From the NCBI RefSeq assembly GCF_009914755.1, contig NC_060926.1: 64,000 bases of DNA; one strand, given 5' to 3'. Shown here piece by piece: positions 60,353 through 64,000 of the stretch. The position numbers and the translations under genes were made by a program. This DNA is from the human T2T-CHM13v2.0 reference genome, Homo sapiens. Position 1 is the stretch's first letter; every line of letters starts with the position of its first letter. A model generated the notes under the pieces. That model did not search any database. It was not told the origin of the DNA and worked only from the letters and a program-made list of their open reading frames with translations.

Positions 60353-61635
60353 GCCTAAATTATTTTTTTGGTGAGTAGGTAACATGATACCTAGTGTATG
60401 TCACATGAAGAACCTAAGTGGAAAGACTATAATGTTTCCCTGTCTTACTTCTATCCATTCAACTAACAAGTATTTGTTTGGCCAGACCTGTTACTACAAT
60501 GCAGACAGCTCTAGTCACTTTGGTCTCCCTTTTGGCTCAGTTTTGCCTCAATCCAAGGGGTTAATATTGACTTTGGGCAGGAAGAGGACAAGGAGCTCAC
60601 CTTCAGGTCAAATTCCAGTTCTCCAACTTTGGCCTGCTCCATGTCCCCAAACTCTCCTGGTTCTGAATTTCTGCTTTATATCAACCATTCTCTGTAATGG
60701 ACTTCCTGTACTAGACATCAGTCTAGTCTGGCAGTATTTCCTGCCAAAGACATGTGGGCAAGGGGCTGAGTCACGGCATTCTTTGAACTATGCCAGCTGA
60801 TCATCAGTTCTATGCCTGCTCTAACAGCCATCCTGCATGGTGGATTTGTTTTGGGCACCTTGTGAACAGTCTGCATATTCCAACACTCCTCTTGGCTTCC
60901 ACTGTTCCTCCTGGTTATGATTGCCCCTGAAGTTCATCACTTTCATTTTACATTGAAACTTCTGGCCAAAGACTTGTTCAACATTCCCAACTGGCCTGTC
61001 TTTTTGTTATTTGAGTTCAGTTCATATAACAAGAGACCAAGAAAATTTTATCTATATAGATGGATTTCCCAACTTAGAAACACCCAACTTAAAACATCTC
61101 TTATGTTTTAGCATCTGCTCCAAAAGAGAATATATCACCCCCCACAACCAAGTAGTATCCAGAATATCCGTTTTTTCCCTCCAACACTGCTAGTTGGCCC
61201 AAAGTTTCTATACTTGCTTCATCTGAAAGCGTTACCTATCACCCACCACCCACGTGGGATGCCCAAGATATCTGTGTCTCTTGAGCATTGCTTCAAAACG
61301 CCTCTCTTGCTGTCACTAAAGCTTTAACAACCCTGTTTCTGTTGTGAGGGAAAAAGAAGAGTTTCCTGCCACTGCTGGACTGCAATGGAGGAATGTGTTT
61401 GGCTAGATTTCTAGAAGTCAAAAGTATAACTCCACACAAAAAGATGTTAATTAGTCCATAATGAGGCTGAAACACTCATACTATTAATGGCACTACAGAA
61501 CCCATCTGTAATTCATATTACATTGTTGCAGATAGTTAATTCACAAACGCAGTCATAAATTGTAGATTGACGGTACTAGAAAATAGCTTTAAAAATGTCA
61601 GGACGGATTAGCGTATGGACTTCAAAGAAAATTGG

Positions 61636-61907
<272 letters not shown>

Positions 61908-62255
61908 TGAGAGTCACTACAACCCTGAAGTAATCTGCCATGGTGAACAGCTCCAAAACCACAGGTATACCTCACAACCAATAGAGTGGTATCAAGTGTG
62001 AACAGGCTGACAAGAATGACCATTAACTGTATCTCAATTTGGTATGGCAACCACATAGGTAGCATCCATTTTAAAAACAAAAACCTTCTTACCCTCTGAA
62101 TATTTGGAAAATGTCACAGTAGTCCACTGATACATTCTTATAACCAGAAAAAGAAACTAGAGGCATGTTAAGTCCATATTCCAAAGGAATACCCAAATGA
62201 TTAAAACTTCAGAACTTTGTTCATTTGATGAATCTGGCCTTCTTTCCTTAAAGAA

Positions 62256-63681
62256 AGAGTTTTCAATCTCTTTAGTCAGGACCACTTTGTGTTCTTAAAA
62301 ATTAGTGAATACTCCCAAGAGCTTTTGTTTATGTGGCTTGTAATGATCAACATTCACCGTATTAGAAATTAAATGAGAAAAAGTTTAAGTATTTATCAAT
62401 TTATTTTAAAAACTTAGTAAGATAACATATGTAATAAGACAATACATTTTAGGAAAACAAAATGTTTTCAAAACAGAAAAAAGCTTTCAAAAACAAAAAA
62501 GCTTTGTGTGAAAATTATGTTGTTATAAAAGCTTTGCAAATTTCTTTCATGCCTAGCTTAATAGAAAACAGCTGGATTCTCATATTGGTGTCTACATTCA
62601 ATCTGTTGTGCTATGTTGTTTTGATTGAGCAACATGAAAAAAAAAATGGCCTCACACAAATATGTAGTGAAACGGAAGCACATGTATTAATAGCCCATTC
62701 AGATAATTGTAGATGTTCTTTTTTGATACTACACCAAAACTTGACAAGTAGGAGTTTCTTAAGGGTTAGTCGAAATATGGAATCTCATATATATGAACTC
62801 TTTGTATTCTGTTACTTGCTTTTTGAAAAGATCTTTCACCCATAATTTTGTAACACTGGTCCCTTTGAAAATATTGGCTCACTGAGTTATACAGATATTA
62901 CAAATCTTGACACAATTCATCATATAATAGCAAAAACTCACATTCATAAAAATCACCACCCATCATCTCATCAGGAAAATCTTTTAAGTACTGGGAAGCT
63001 GACAATAGCACAGCAGGTAACACAAGCTTTCTAAAATTTTAATTTTCACTTGAAAGTTTGAATTTTATCATTGGCAACAAACTGTCAGTTGTTTTCCTTG
63101 AAGTGACAGGCTCACTTTGTTCATTTTCAAGAAAATGACTGCCAAATTTCTAAGTCTAAATAGTCACAGTTTGGTATTCATTCTTTCAAGTAAAAATGAT
63201 GCTTCATGCAAAATTTGGCTAGTTTCACTAGCAACTCAAAAAGAAAAATCACATATGGATTTTTCCTCTAGACAGGCAATGTACTCTGGATATGCAGCAG
63301 AAATGCTTTTTGCACATTTCGTATCTCATCACAGCAAATATTAAAACAAAGTATGCTTAAGGGTCAAAATTTAATCAATTAGCAATTGTTATCACTTCTT
63401 CAAGGACATTCTTAAGTGAAAGTGGCTTTTTCTTTTTTTCTGTGAATGCACAGCTGTGAAGAATACCATGATTACTAGGTACAGTTGGGTCTTACTGCCA
63501 TTTAATTTCTAGAATGCTTAGTTTCATCGATCATTGCTTTTACAACAGCAGGGCAAATGTCAAAGCAGTAGAAAAGGCAAAAAGTTAGCGTTACTATGAT
63601 AATGGTTTTTACCTCATGGACACTCCTGAAAGGGTCTCAGTGATCCCTAGGGATTTGTACGCCACAATTTGTGAACTGTTA
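62256..63681 (-). mobile_element. Charlie1a-like hAT DNA transposon remnant (~1.4 kb)
   Basis: caagagcttttgtttatgtgg...ttaatagaaaacagctggattctcatat...cctgaaagggtctcag. Confidence 0.85.
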
Positions 63682-63814
63682 TCTTAAGGAAACACTAAAA
63701 GCTATGAATAAGTCACCATCCCCAAATCCACAGTGAATATCCCCCATATAATAAATATACTAAATATGTGTATGAATTCTTGAACTCAAAAATTGGTCTA
63801 ATTTGTTTATATAA

Positions 63815-63965
63815 CAACAGCAATTAATATTTAGTGAGCACTTACATGTATTATCTCATTTAATCCTCACCCTAAACCTATTAGTTAGCTGTATACTTAT
63901 GCTACAGATAAGGAAACCTGTGATGAAGAAAGGTGAAGTTACTTGTCCAAGGTCACAACAGCAAC
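63815..63965 (-). mobile_element. MIR remnant
   Basis: tattatctcatttaatcctcac...acagataaggaaacc...acttgtccaaggtcaca. Confidence 0.8.
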
Positions 63966-64000
63966 TATCAGTATTTATTGGGTTCAGGCATAACCAAGCA

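Noticed and set aside
60764-60774. AP-1/ARE-like motif GCTGAGTCAC
   Set aside because: A single short motif is expected by chance in 64 kb; no supporting cluster
62462-63344. ORFs within Charlie1a as a domesticated transposase
   Set aside because: Short, on the strand opposite the element, and the element is a degenerate non-autonomous derivative

Overview
Primate (very probably human) genomic DNA: AT-rich, CpG-poor and dense in interspersed repeats (Alu, L1, L2, MIR, MaLR/ERV solo LTRs, hAT-Charlie elements). I find no credible protein-coding gene, tRNA, rRNA, snoRNA, miRNA or CRISPR array. The supplied ORFs are Alu-, L1-, LTR- or low-complexity-derived, or chance ORFs. Several short segments have canonical minus-strand splice signals (150, 45, 110, 106, 117, 85 and 38 nt), and most long L1 remnants lie on the + strand. 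This suggests the interior of a large minus-strand transcription unit, either a multi-exon 5'UTR with uORFs or a lncRNA; I cannot name the gene. The most notable features are a 38-nt candidate microexon whose hairpin covers its own 5' splice site, a ~96% identical local duplication within old L2-like sequence, internally deleted mini-Alus, a GGAT-interrupted GGAA microsatellite and a 445-bp polypurine tract. I see no strong evidence for a new biological system. Repeat subfamily names come from recall of consensus sequences, and boundaries are approximate unless TSDs are cited.
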